Positions 50,260 through 59,253 of a stretch of DNA of 64,000 nt are shown here, in pieces. Origin of the DNA: Amphiscolops sp. MND2022. Its lineage: Eukaryota. How positions within the stretch are numbered: position 1 is the stretch's first letter; each line of letters starts with the position of its first letter. A model generated the notes under the pieces. The model was not told where the DNA came from, did no database searches, and was given only the letters and a program-made list of their open reading frames with translations. The stretch spans positions 68,884,001 through 68,948,000 of the forward strand of contig OZ076409.1 in assembly GCA_964187785.1 (NCBI GenBank). The letters are read 5' to 3'. The position numbers and the translations under genes were made by a program.

Positions 50260-52142
50260 TTATCTTCCAGGTTTGTCGCAGTAATCAGATTTTGCTACTT
50301 GGCTTGTTAATTTGTTTGCAGAACTTTTTACATGTTGATTACATATTGATATTGTGTTTTGATGTTATGCTGTGTTTTATTATGGCCTGAGTTGGTCTTA
50401 CATGATGTAGTAATTTAGTTAGATGGTTTCTGCCGTCCAAAACTTTTCTCTGTTTTTCTGTAGTACTGGGCAGTTAGGGCGTTATTAGCGGTTTGTTGCA
50501 TGTAGGGAAAAAAAATGAATTTTTGCATGTGGTAGTGTTCAGTCTGACTGCATGTACTCGTCATTTTTTCTTCGTTGGTGTAATGTAGTCTAGGAACGAT
50601 TTGTTTTTCTGTAGTGCGTGAAATCTAGGGTTGTTTTAAACGGTTTCTTCTTCGCGTGTTTTTGGAGTATCTATGTGTCCATGATGCTAAACTACCTCTA
50701 TCGTTCTTGGGTGGTTGTATCGGGTTACCCATACCTTGACTATAGTTTCATGCGGTGTTTCGCTCTATTTGTTGCGTCGTCTTAAGTGAATTTTTCCAGC
50801 AAGTTCATGATGGTTATGGTGGTCACCGCGGCAACCACCGACATAAAAATTGTTCACGCGCCAAGCTGTGCTGTGCATGGTACTCGAAAGTCAAGTCCTC
50901 CTCTTCGTTGTTCGTGAATGCTCGAGAATGGTAACGAGACAGGATGACTGTGGCTTTCGGTCCTTAGCACCGCGCCGCGAGGTACGTGACTGAGCAGCTC
51001 GCTCATTTCCAAGGCTGAATTCCCAAGGGGTGGATCCTTGGCTTGATACATGACTTATTAGGTATGCATGTAAGTGTTACGTGTTATAAGTTCTAGGGAC
51101 TACTTTACATGTATGTTGGTGTTTCGATTTATTACATGCAGCGGTCTATGTTTGCGACGTCATCATCGTTGATGTGTGTCCTGGGACGTCATCACACGTG
51201 ATGTGTGTCGTCAAGATCGCGAGTTCTTACGTTATGTTAACTGCAGTGGTACCAAGTTGTTAGGCTGGGAAGGATGGACATGTTTAGGTTTCCTCGTTAA
51301 GTAGCTTTTTGGGGCCGCGTACTCCTTACTCTTTTCCCTAAAGAGGCAAAGCCTTCGCATCCTAGGTTACGTGTAAGGGGCCGGGCGATCATTGTTTTCG
51401 GGAGTTGGTAAGTTCTTGTTCGTACCGGCGTTCTGTTAGTTTCTGGTGATTAGTTTTCAGTTTAAATGTTCAGTTCATTGGGAAAGGTGAATTCCCGTCG
51501 GAACCACCTATACAAAACTAACACTGAATCCAGTTGCTAAAGAGCAACCTTCATCTGTATGTATGACCAACCACACAAGCACGCTTTTGACGACGCACCC
51601 ACACAGCCAGAACTATGAGTCTAAAGCGAGATAGGTGGGGTATTGGTTATGTTGTCCTAACGTTTGCCAGGCAGCAGATCATCATTGTTAGTTTGTTGCG
51701 TTTGTAGGGAACGTTGTTTTCGTTCACGTTTCGTTAGTTATGCATCAAGATTTTGCTAAGCAAATTGCTTTAGTTCCGGTTGTGGATGTAGTAAATTTGG
51801 TGCGAATTGAATAAATTATCGTTCACACTTTTGCGCGTTACATGTACTTCCGGACCGCGAGTGTTGGAATGATAGGCTTGTGCAGTCGTTACTTTACTAT
51901 TTGGTTGTTTCGCTAACAATTGGTGCTGATAGATTAGATAGTTTACACAGCGACGGCGGAAGTGAACGGTCGTTTATTGAAGTGTTTGCTAGGTTGTTCA
52001 GAGCTTTCACTATTGTTTGCTGGATGCTTGGTGTACTAGGGTGTAATTGTAAAACAATTACCTTTACGGTCAGATAGAAAGGCTGTTGGTGACTGTTGTT
52101 AGCAGTCATTGGTTTAATAAGTGTGATTATGGGTGGGTGTTT

Positions 52143-55100
52143 TTATAGGTTTCTGTTTTTCAGAAGCAGCTGTTGAAGCGAAGGCGTTCCATGTAATTCG
52201 TGCATTAGGAAATCGGGGTACGTGGTAGGTTTTGGGTTGTGTCTGAGCCCGTATCGAGACATGGTGTTTCGCGATGTCGCTGGAGGGCAGTCGTTTGTTT
52301 GGCGTTCGGAATTGTTCATGCTAACATTATCCGGTTGTGGTTCTTGTGTTTCAGCTCGGCTTTCAGGTATGGAAATGTTTTGATCAGGTTCTAGGCTATG
52401 GCGTTCATAGTATATCATTCCATGGTCAGCATGTAGTTCTTCGAAGTCCGATTGTTCAGGTATTGCTTGTTGTGGTTGTTCGTGGACGTGATCGGGTAGG
52501 TGGTTGTCGAACAACTCCTGCTCGTTGAGGGCGTCAGGATCCTCATAGTATTGTGATGTATCGTCTTGAATGTCTTCAATTGGTGCGTTTGGTGTAAATG
52601 GGCGGAGCCTCATTCTGTGGACGCATTGGGTGCGAAGAGTTCCAATCTTACGTATAATGTAATTTGAATTGGACAAGACTTTTACCACTTTGTACGGGCC
52701 TTCCCACTTGAATTCCTTGAAAGGAATTTTGTCAGATTGTTGAGACAGTCTTTTGTTTAGCAGAAAGGTGAAATCATTTACTTTCAGAGGTGAAGCTTGC
52801 GCTTTTCGGTCGTAGTAATTCTTGTATTTGTGGAAGGCTTCGATTATGTTGTCATGTGTTTGTTGGAATTTTTTGTTCATGTTATCTAGTATTCCAGTGA
52901 CGTCAGTGGTGTTGCGTTGTTCAGTTAATGGATGGCCAAATTTGACGTCAAGAGCATTGAACGGAATGCGTCCGTGGAAAACTTCAGTGGGTGTGCATCG
53001 GATAGCCTGGTGGTAGGTTGTGTTATGGGCCATCACGGCCATGTTTACGTATTTGTGCCATTGTGGTGAATCGGCTGAGACGTTGATTTTGAGAATTTGT
53101 TTTAGTTTTTGGTGTGAACGTTCAACCATCCCAATCGTTTGTGCGTGCTTTACAGAGGCGTGTTCGATTTTTATACCGGCAGACTCCATCAGAGCGGTGA
53201 GTAGTTGAGATGTGAATGTCGTTCCTTTGTCAGTTAAGATTGTTTTGGGTACATACGAGTGCTGCGTGAAGATTTGCATGAGTGCTTCGACGACCGACTT
53301 CGTGTCCGGTTTACGGATTGGTATTGCGGAGAGGTACCTAGAAAAGTAGTCGCATGCAGTGAGGATGTGTGTGAATCCGTTGGAAGGTGGGAGTTCACCG
53401 ACTAAATCGATTTCTAGTATGTCTTCTGGTCCGTTGCAGGGGTCGTATATTTGTTGGAGTGGTGGTGTGATTTCAGCTTTCCGGATTGGTTTTGAGCGGA
53501 TGCAGTCCTGGCAGTTCGAGACGTATTGCAGTACCAGTTCAGAGAGGTTTGGTGAGTAGTACCTTTTACGCAGTTCGTGGAGCATTTTGTTACAGCCAGG
53601 GTGACCTTGCAGAGGGTCATCATGCAGGGATTGAATGATTTTCCGAATGGTTTCAGAGGGGGTGACAATTTGTTTACACTTAATTTTACCTGTACCATCG
53701 AAAAAGTTCCTGTACAAAACGTTGTTCACTACTTCAAGTCTTTTCTTGTTTTTAACTAGTTTTTGGAAAAACTGACTTTCAAAGTTCACATGATTAGGAA
53801 GGGTTTCCTTTTGGTTCAAAATTCTAATCATGCGTTGGATGTCAAGGTTTACGGCTTGGTCCTGGATGATTTGAAACTCCCCATTGGGGCATACCTGGTT
53901 TACCACGTTGTCATGAAGCTTTCGCCTGAATCGGGTGAACGTCATCTCGTCATGCTGCCCTGTGATGATGGGTGTGATCTGATGACGGATGGTTTCAATC
54001 CTCTCGCGAAACTGTCCACTCGATTCGTCACTGCATATGGGGACCTGGTCCAGTATGGCGTTGATGGCTTCATTTTGTTTGGTGGTGGTGGTTTGTTGGT
54101 CATCAGGTATGTATTCTTCTTCTTCTTCGTCCTGCTTCGGTGTTCGTGACGCCAGATCGATCTCGACGTGGAAGACTGGTATCTCGTCGTTGAGTTTGAG
54201 GTGGATTCTCTCCTCCGGTCGTATGTCTAGACGAGACAGGTAGTCTGCAGCAGGATTCTCGGTTCCGGGAACATGGGCAAGTACGAATTCAAATTGAAGC
54301 GTCTGATCGCAGTAATTCCATAGCTTCGGTGGAATTCGTTTGGACTGGAAGAAACGGGTTAGTGCTTTATTGTCCGTCATTACGATTGTTGGTTTCTTGA
54401 CACCCCAGAGTATGTGTGCAAATTCGTCGAATGCAAAATGCATTGCCAGGAATTCTTTTGCATACATAGTAAGTGACATTTGGCCCTCCGTGAATCGTTG
54501 GGATCCAAATGATACTGGTGCGTACGTCTTCATTGGTCCGTCGTTAGTTTCGGTGTAGTCTTCTATCAGGAGGACATATCCTGCCGCATGCTCGCTGGCG
54601 TCACACATTATAACAAGCTGTTTATCGGGTAACGGCAGACGCAGCGAAAGTTTCGCGGCTTTGGCAAGGTTTTCATTAATCTCGAAGATAATGTCCTTTT
54701 GCTGCTGGGTCAGCTGGAATTTGACGTCTTTTTGAAGTAGTTTGTACAGTGGGGTGAGTTTTTCTGCTAGGCGTGGTATGTACTGCCTGTAGAACTGGAC
54801 GAACCCGATGTACCTTTGGAGGGATTTGACTGATGTGGGCAATTTGATCTTCTTGAGGAAGTTGTCTATCTTGTCTTCGAGTGGGGCAACACCCTTTGAT
54901 GTGATGCTTCTTCCGAGGAAGTCGATCTGTGGGTGGCCAAACGCACATTTTGACATCGACAATTTCAGTCCTGCTTTTTGGATTTGTTGGAACACAGCTT
55001 CAATGTTTGACAGTAGCTCATCTACAGTGTGGGCAGCAATCCCAATGTCGTCGACATATTGGGCACATTTATCCGCTTTCACCAGTGCGTCGACGTATTC

Positions 55101-56948
55101 TCGCACCGTGCTGTTGAATGCTGATAGGGATCGATTGAGTCCTTGTGCCAGTCGTAGATAAGCAAAGGTTCGACTTCCAAAATTAAATGCCAAGAGTTGT
55201 ATGGATTGTTCGTCCGCCATCTGCAAACAGTGGTACGCCTGCGAACAGTCCAGCTTGCAGAAATACTTCTTCCCTGCCATGTGCTGGGCGGCGTCGGCGA
55301 TGGTGGTGACTGGATGATTATGTTGGTTGTAATCATTTTTCAAAAGGTGGTTGATTCTGCGCAGGTCTACAAGAATGCGAAGTTTCCCATTGGGTTTGCG
55401 TTGAGCAAATATTGGTGAGGAATACTTGCTGTATGGCAACGTCGTGATTATCCCGTACTCTTGCATCAGCGCTAGTTCGACGAGCAGGTCGTCTTTGAGA
55501 TTTGTGGGTGTGGGCAAACTCTGTGCGTAAACTGGCTCATCATGCTTCGGGGTAAGTTTAATTTTGAAATCGGTATTGATGCCTATGTCAAGGCGGTGTC
55601 TGGCGAACACATTGTTATACTTCACAAGGAGGTTCTCAATCTGTTGTCGTTCGTGCTCATCCAGGATTGAGTTTTCCCATTTGAAGCTGGCAAGGAACTC
55701 CTGGCGTTGTTTATCGTCTGCTGTTGGGTCCAGTTTTTCTTCTTCACGGAGTTTAGTGATTTCGTCGTATATCCGTCTTTCAATGCGGTTCAACTTGGAC
55801 GGGTCGTCACAGGTCTCCGGTGTTGGGTACCATCGACGGTTGGTTTCGGTGCCAGGCTCTTGGAACAGCTGGTTTAGTACATTATCAGCTTCGTCTGGGT
55901 ATTTGGTGATCAGTGTCAATTGTTCGTTTGACATCGGTTGTAGGTTCTTTGCCTGGTTGGGGGTCATTATTCTGAATGTGGCCACCGTTGTGTTCGGGTT
56001 AAGGGTGATTGTGTGGCAGGTAAGGTTGGTGATCTGGACATGGCTTTTCATCTCAGTGATTTGTGTTAAGGCGGGGGACACTAGTAGTTGGGTCTTTCTT
56101 TCAAAGGCTGGAAAGGTTTCTACAGTGCCCTGGATTGTCCCGAGGTCCTTTTCTGCTAGGACGGGGACAATGATTTGATGGTCCGGTTGTATGACTGTTT
56201 TCTGCGTCGTTCGTAATTCGATCATCTGAATTTTGTATCGTCCTCGTTCTGGTTTCAGCTGCAGGGTAATATCCGGGAACTTGACTACGTTGTTGGCAAG
56301 GTCAAGTGTCACCGAATACTTTTTGAAAAATGACATTCCAATCAGGATGTTACCCATGGTTGGGAGAATCATGAAGGTTTCCTCGAATACTTTACCTCCG
56401 ATGAAGAAGCGAAGTAGTACCTGTTTCCGGACCGGGACGATGCTCCCGTTTGCAATTTGGACTTTGAAGTCCGGTGCTGGGTACTCTTCGAGGAGTGCAG
56501 CTGGGTGTGCAGACAGGATTCGTCTGAGTTCGTCTTCTGACATGGCACTTCTTATTGCTCCCGTGTCGAGGAGTCCATGGTTTTCGTATGCTCTGAATTG
56601 CAATGGGACGTATAACATCTTGTCCTTTTTGTTTAACTGAAGTGTTGCTGTTAACACCTGGATCGCCACGTCCTTCTTTCGGTTTGTTGTTTTCTTTGTA
56701 CAGTCAGTCGTCGTAGTCAAGTTAGAGTGCTGTCCGTCTTCTGTCGGTTGTAATTTCACATCCGTTGGTTCGGATGGGGAGTTCGCTTCGTTGTTGGTTG
56801 TCTCGTGGGTAATTGAAGTCATGGGTTTCTGATCCTGCCGAAGATCAGTTGTCCATTTTTTGTAGTTTTTTGTGTAGTAGTAGTTGTTTGTGTTGCGCAC
56901 TTTGTTATTGTAGTGGTCGGTCGAATGACGTGGCTTTAGAAGTTTTTT
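52143..56948 (-). CDS. pol: pol polyprotein of element B (protease, RT, RNase H, integrase), expressed by -1 frameshift
   Basis: 1585-aa open frame (52143-56900) that stays open back to the slippery site: LLDTGA, QYVDD, CDAS, LHDDPLQGHPG...CQDC, IDLVG/TDKG/VERS, WEGPY. Confidence 0.96.
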   Translation of the reverse strand, partial: KKLLKPRHSTDHYNNKVRNTNNYYYTKNYKKWTTDLRQDQKPMTSITHETTNNEANSPSEPTDVKLQPTEDGQHSNLTTTTDCTKKTTNRKKDVAIQVLTATLQLNKKDKMLYVPLQFRAYENHGLLDTGAIRSAMSEDELRRILSAHPAALLEEYPAPDFKVQIANGSIVPVRKQVLLRFFIGGKVFEETFMILPTMGNILIGMSFFKKYSVTLDLANNVVKFPDITLQLKPERGRYKIQMIELRTTQKTVIQPDHQIIVPVLAEKDLGTIQGTVETFPAFERKTQLLVSPALTQITEMKSHVQITNLTCHTITLNPNTTVATFRIMTPNQAKNLQPMSNEQLTLITKYPDEADNVLNQLFQEPGTETNRRWYPTPETCDDPSKLNRIERRIYDEITKLREEEKLDPTADDKQRQEFLASFKWENSILDEHERQQIENLLVKYNNVFARHRLDIGINTDFKIKLTPKHDEPVYAQSLPTPTNLKDDLLVELALMQEYGIITTLPYSKYSSPIFAQRKPNGKLRILVDLRRINHLLKNDYNQHNHPVTTIADAAQHMAGKKYFCKLDCSQAYHCLQMADEQSIQLLAFNFGSRTFAYLRLAQGLNRSLSAFNSTVREYVDALVKADKCAQYVDDIGIAAHTVDELLSNIEAVFQQIQKAGLKLSMSKCAFGHPQIDFLGRSITSKGVAPLEDKIDNFLKKIKLPTSVKSLQRYIGFVQFYRQYIPRLAEKLTPLYKLLQKDVKFQLTQQQKDIIFEINENLAKAAKLSLRLPLPDKQLVIMCDASEHAAGYVLLIEDYTETNDGPMKTYAPVSFGSQRFTEGQMSLTMYAKEFLAMHFAFDEFAHILWGVKKPTIVMTDNKALTRFFQSKRIPPKLWNYCDQTLQFEFVLAHVPGTENPAADYLSRLDIRPEERIHLKLNDEIPVFHVEIDLASRTPKQDEEEEEYIPDDQQTTTTKQNEAINAILDQVPICSDESSGQFRERIETIRHQITPIITGQHDEMTFTRFRRKLHDNVVNQVCPNGEFQIIQDQAVNLDIQRMIRILNQKETLPNHVNFESQFFQKLVKNKKRLEVVNNVLYRNFFDGTGKIKCKQIVTPSETIRKIIQSLHDDPLQGHPGCNKMLHELRKRYYSPNLSELVLQYVSNCQDCIRSKPIRKAEITPPLQQIYDPCNGPEDILEIDLVGELPPSNGFTHILTACDYFSRYLSAIPIRKPDTKSVVEALMQIFTQHSYVPKTILTDKGTTFTSQLLTALMESAGIKIEHASVKHAQTIGMVERSHQKLKQILKINVSADSPQWHKYVNMAVMAHNTTYHQAIRCTPTEVFHGRIPFNALDVKFGHPLTEQRNTTDVTGILDNMNKKFQQTHDNIIEAFHKYKNYYDRKAQASPLKVNDFTFLLNKRLSQQSDKIPFKEFKWEGPYKVVKVLSNSNYIIRKIGTLRTQCVHRMRLRPFTPNAPIEDIQDDTSQYYEDPDALNEQELFDNHLPDHVHEQPQQAIPEQSDFEELHADHGMIYYERHSLEPDQNISIPESRAETQEPQPDNVSMNNSERQTNDCPPATSRNTMSRYGLRHNPKPTTYPDFLMHELHGTPSLQQLLLKNRNL

Positions 56949-58474
56949 GGCTGGCTAGATGATGGTTCAATGAAGTCCTGTTGGTAGTATTCATCACTGA
57001 TTTGTTGTTGTTGGTCCCCTGGTGCAACGTCATTCATTTCATTTGCTGGGTAAGGGCTGTTGTGTGCTCTTCTAAAGTCACGTCGGAAATCCCTGTTTTC
57101 AGTTGTGGTTTGCCTGTTGTAGGGCACACTTCCGTAGGCAGAGGTTTGAGGTATTCTATGCCTACAGTCTTTTGCAGAATGGCCTGTATATCCGCAGATT
57201 TGGCAGACCAGTTTGGCGTTGTATTTCGGTTGTGTTTCTGCGTGGTTGTTGTTCTGTTGTTCGGGCTTTTTCTGTGCCTGGGAGTTGTTGTTACCTGCTG
57301 CCTCGTCTCGCTGTCGTTTTCGGCATTCTGCCCATTTGTGTCCGTATATCGCACAGTATCTGCAGTTGCCGTCGAATTTCCTTTTGATTGTTGGTCGATC
57401 AGTTTCATTTCGTTTCTGGGTGACTGGCTTGTTCGGGACTTCTTGCGTCTGAATAGCCTGATTGAACGGTTGGAGCAGTTGTTGGTTTGGTAGTAACTGG
57501 GCATATTGACATCTTCTCTGGACGAATGTTTTGATGTCTTCAATGCTGGCATTGTGTTTTCCTGCAATTGCCAGTTCGTTTTGGAGCTGGATGGGTAATT
57601 TGGCAAATAGGAAAGTCTGGACGATTTCCTGTGCTTTTTCGCCATAGGCTTGTTTGGCAATCTTTTTGTAATTGGCGAGGAAGGTACTGAATGACTCAGT
57701 AGCTGGATCGTATCGTAGTTGGTCGAATTTGAACTTCGAGACTTCTGAGAGTTCTTCCTTTGCGTATTCTTTTTTGAATGCCGTCAGTATATCTCTCAGT
57801 GTCGTTTCTGTTGTGATTGTTAGGGTTTGCCAAAACTCAATTGCATCATCCCTGAGAAGACTCTGGAAGTAGTTGAGTTTTTGTTCTTCGGTTAGTTTGT
57901 GGGCATGTGGTCGTAAGTGGTTGAGCAATAAATGCTCGAATTCATTGTATTTGTCTCGGTTTCCCTTGAATAGGGGTACTTGGGTCTGCAGAATTTTTGG
58001 GTGCGTCAAGGTTTCCCCCATTGTACTTCGGAGATGGTGGATTTCCGTCATCACATCTGCTATTTGCGGCATGCTTTCGTCACTCCTTGGTGTCCCGTTG
58101 GGTGGTGTTGTTCGGGATCCTGATGGTCGTGGATTCGAGACTCCTGTCACCATGTCGGAACGACTGTCAGTACTAGTAGTTACTGGATTCAGTCTATTCC
58201 CTTCTCCATTAACGGAGGCAAACTGGTTGGTTAGCGTGAGGACTATGTTTGTAAGGTCTCCGATTTGCCTATTTATCTCGTTAAATCTTCGGTCAATGTC
58301 GTAATTACTACTATTTTGACGTCTAGTTAAAACGTCATCAGAGTCAAGGTCTACCATTTGTTCTCTAGACAAGAGTTCAGGGAAGCTGGTTTCACTTTCA
58401 TTATCACTAGTTCTATCCATGTTCTCAGTATCAATCTGTCTATTTCGACTACTTTGAGATCTGGTGATTACCAT
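56936..58474 (-). CDS. gag: gag of element B, 512 aa
   Basis: Capsid-like region (VPLFKGNRDKYNEFE...), two CCHC knuckles CRYCAIYGHKWAEC and CQICGYTGHSAKDC; starts inside the 5' LTR. Confidence 0.95.
   Translation of the reverse strand: MVITRSQSSRNRQIDTENMDRTSDNESETSFPELLSREQMVDLDSDDVLTRRQNSSNYDIDRRFNEINRQIGDLTNIVLTLTNQFASVNGEGNRLNPVTTSTDSRSDMVTGVSNPRPSGSRTTPPNGTPRSDESMPQIADVMTEIHHLRSTMGETLTHPKILQTQVPLFKGNRDKYNEFEHLLLNHLRPHAHKLTEEQKLNYFQSLLRDDAIEFWQTLTITTETTLRDILTAFKKEYAKEELSEVSKFKFDQLRYDPATESFSTFLANYKKIAKQAYGEKAQEIVQTFLFAKLPIQLQNELAIAGKHNASIEDIKTFVQRRCQYAQLLPNQQLLQPFNQAIQTQEVPNKPVTQKRNETDRPTIKRKFDGNCRYCAIYGHKWAECRKRQRDEAAGNNNSQAQKKPEQQNNNHAETQPKYNAKLVCQICGYTGHSAKDCRHRIPQTSAYGSVPYNRQTTTENRDFRRDFRRAHNSPYPANEMNDVAPGDQQQQISDEYYQQDFIEPSSSQPKNF
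56942..56948 (-). promoter_or_regulatory. -1 ribosomal frameshift slippery heptamer A_AAA_AAC
   Basis: Lies one codon before the gag stop (CCA AAA AAC TTC TAA); pol is in the -1 frame; same heptamer ends gag in element A (24156-24162). Confidence 0.85.
58141..58152 (-). promoter_or_regulatory. Primer-binding site of element B
   Basis: TGGTGACAGGAG directly after LTR end ...TCCGACA; identical 12-mer to element A. Confidence 0.9.
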
Positions 58475-59253
58475 GAAAAGTCTGAAGTTTTAAGTTGAAT
58501 TGAAGTATTTTAATGTTATAACAACTATTGATGACTGGTAAGCAAGGTAGTAAGCAACCGGTTATATCAATGGTCACAATTCGTTAATGAGTTCGGTTTT
58601 ACCCGACCGTGTCACTATCAAGGTGTGTTAGCACCTTTTCTCTTTCAGCCAATAACATTCGACTTGCTAATTACTATTTAATTGCACTTGACGACTGGTG
58701 GTTCCAGTCATGACGGGTGATGATCGGCGTTTAATTGTTCGTGTTTGATTTAGTATGACCGCAAGCACCAGTCATTTTAGCACTTAATTGTCTCAATTGC
58801 TCTTTAAACTGAGGCTTCACTACCGCGTGTTCTTATCATCATGGTGACTGATTCGATTATCGTTTGGAGGATAATTACTGCAGGACATTGTACAAATTGC
58901 TAATATGAATGAACGAAATGATTGAATATTCTGGTAATACTTTACATGTAATATAAAAAATGGATAAAGAACGGTTAAACGATGCACTATCACTGTGGAT
59001 GATGACTGATTGTTTCAGTCGTAAATATGGAAATGATTGAATATTTCAGTTTTAGCTTTTAAACGATGCACCATAACATAAACGAAATTTGGTATTGATG
59101 ACTGCTAGTTTCAGTCGTCGTATAGCCAACTGTGATATTTAGCTAATAAATTACTGCAATGTATTTACATGATGATCTATATTTTAGGGAGTTTGATGTA
59201 AGAACTAATGTTTTAGAGTTTATTTCATTTCTTCATGCTTGGCGGGCATGACA
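58153..59253 (-). repeat. Element B 5' LTR
   Basis: 1101-bp direct repeat of 44054-45154, followed by PBS. Confidence 0.95.

Larger units (their letters stand above)
44054..59253 (-). mobile_element. Full-length, apparently intact Ty3/gypsy LTR retrotransposon, element B (15.2 kb)
   Basis: Two 1101-bp LTRs with TGTC...GACA termini, 5-bp TSD TCGAG (44049-44053, 59254-59258), PBS, PPT, open gag and pol. Confidence 0.97.

Noticed and set aside
45169..50300. Antisense gene as an independent nested hAT transposon
   Set aside because: No TIRs or 8-bp TSD found by eye, catalytic motifs absent, and the same position, orientation and intron sites occur in a second divergent element.
52337..58304. 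Many plus-strand ORFs overlapping gag/pol of element B (and equivalents in A)
   Set aside because: Antisense shadows of real coding frames with no recognisable motifs.
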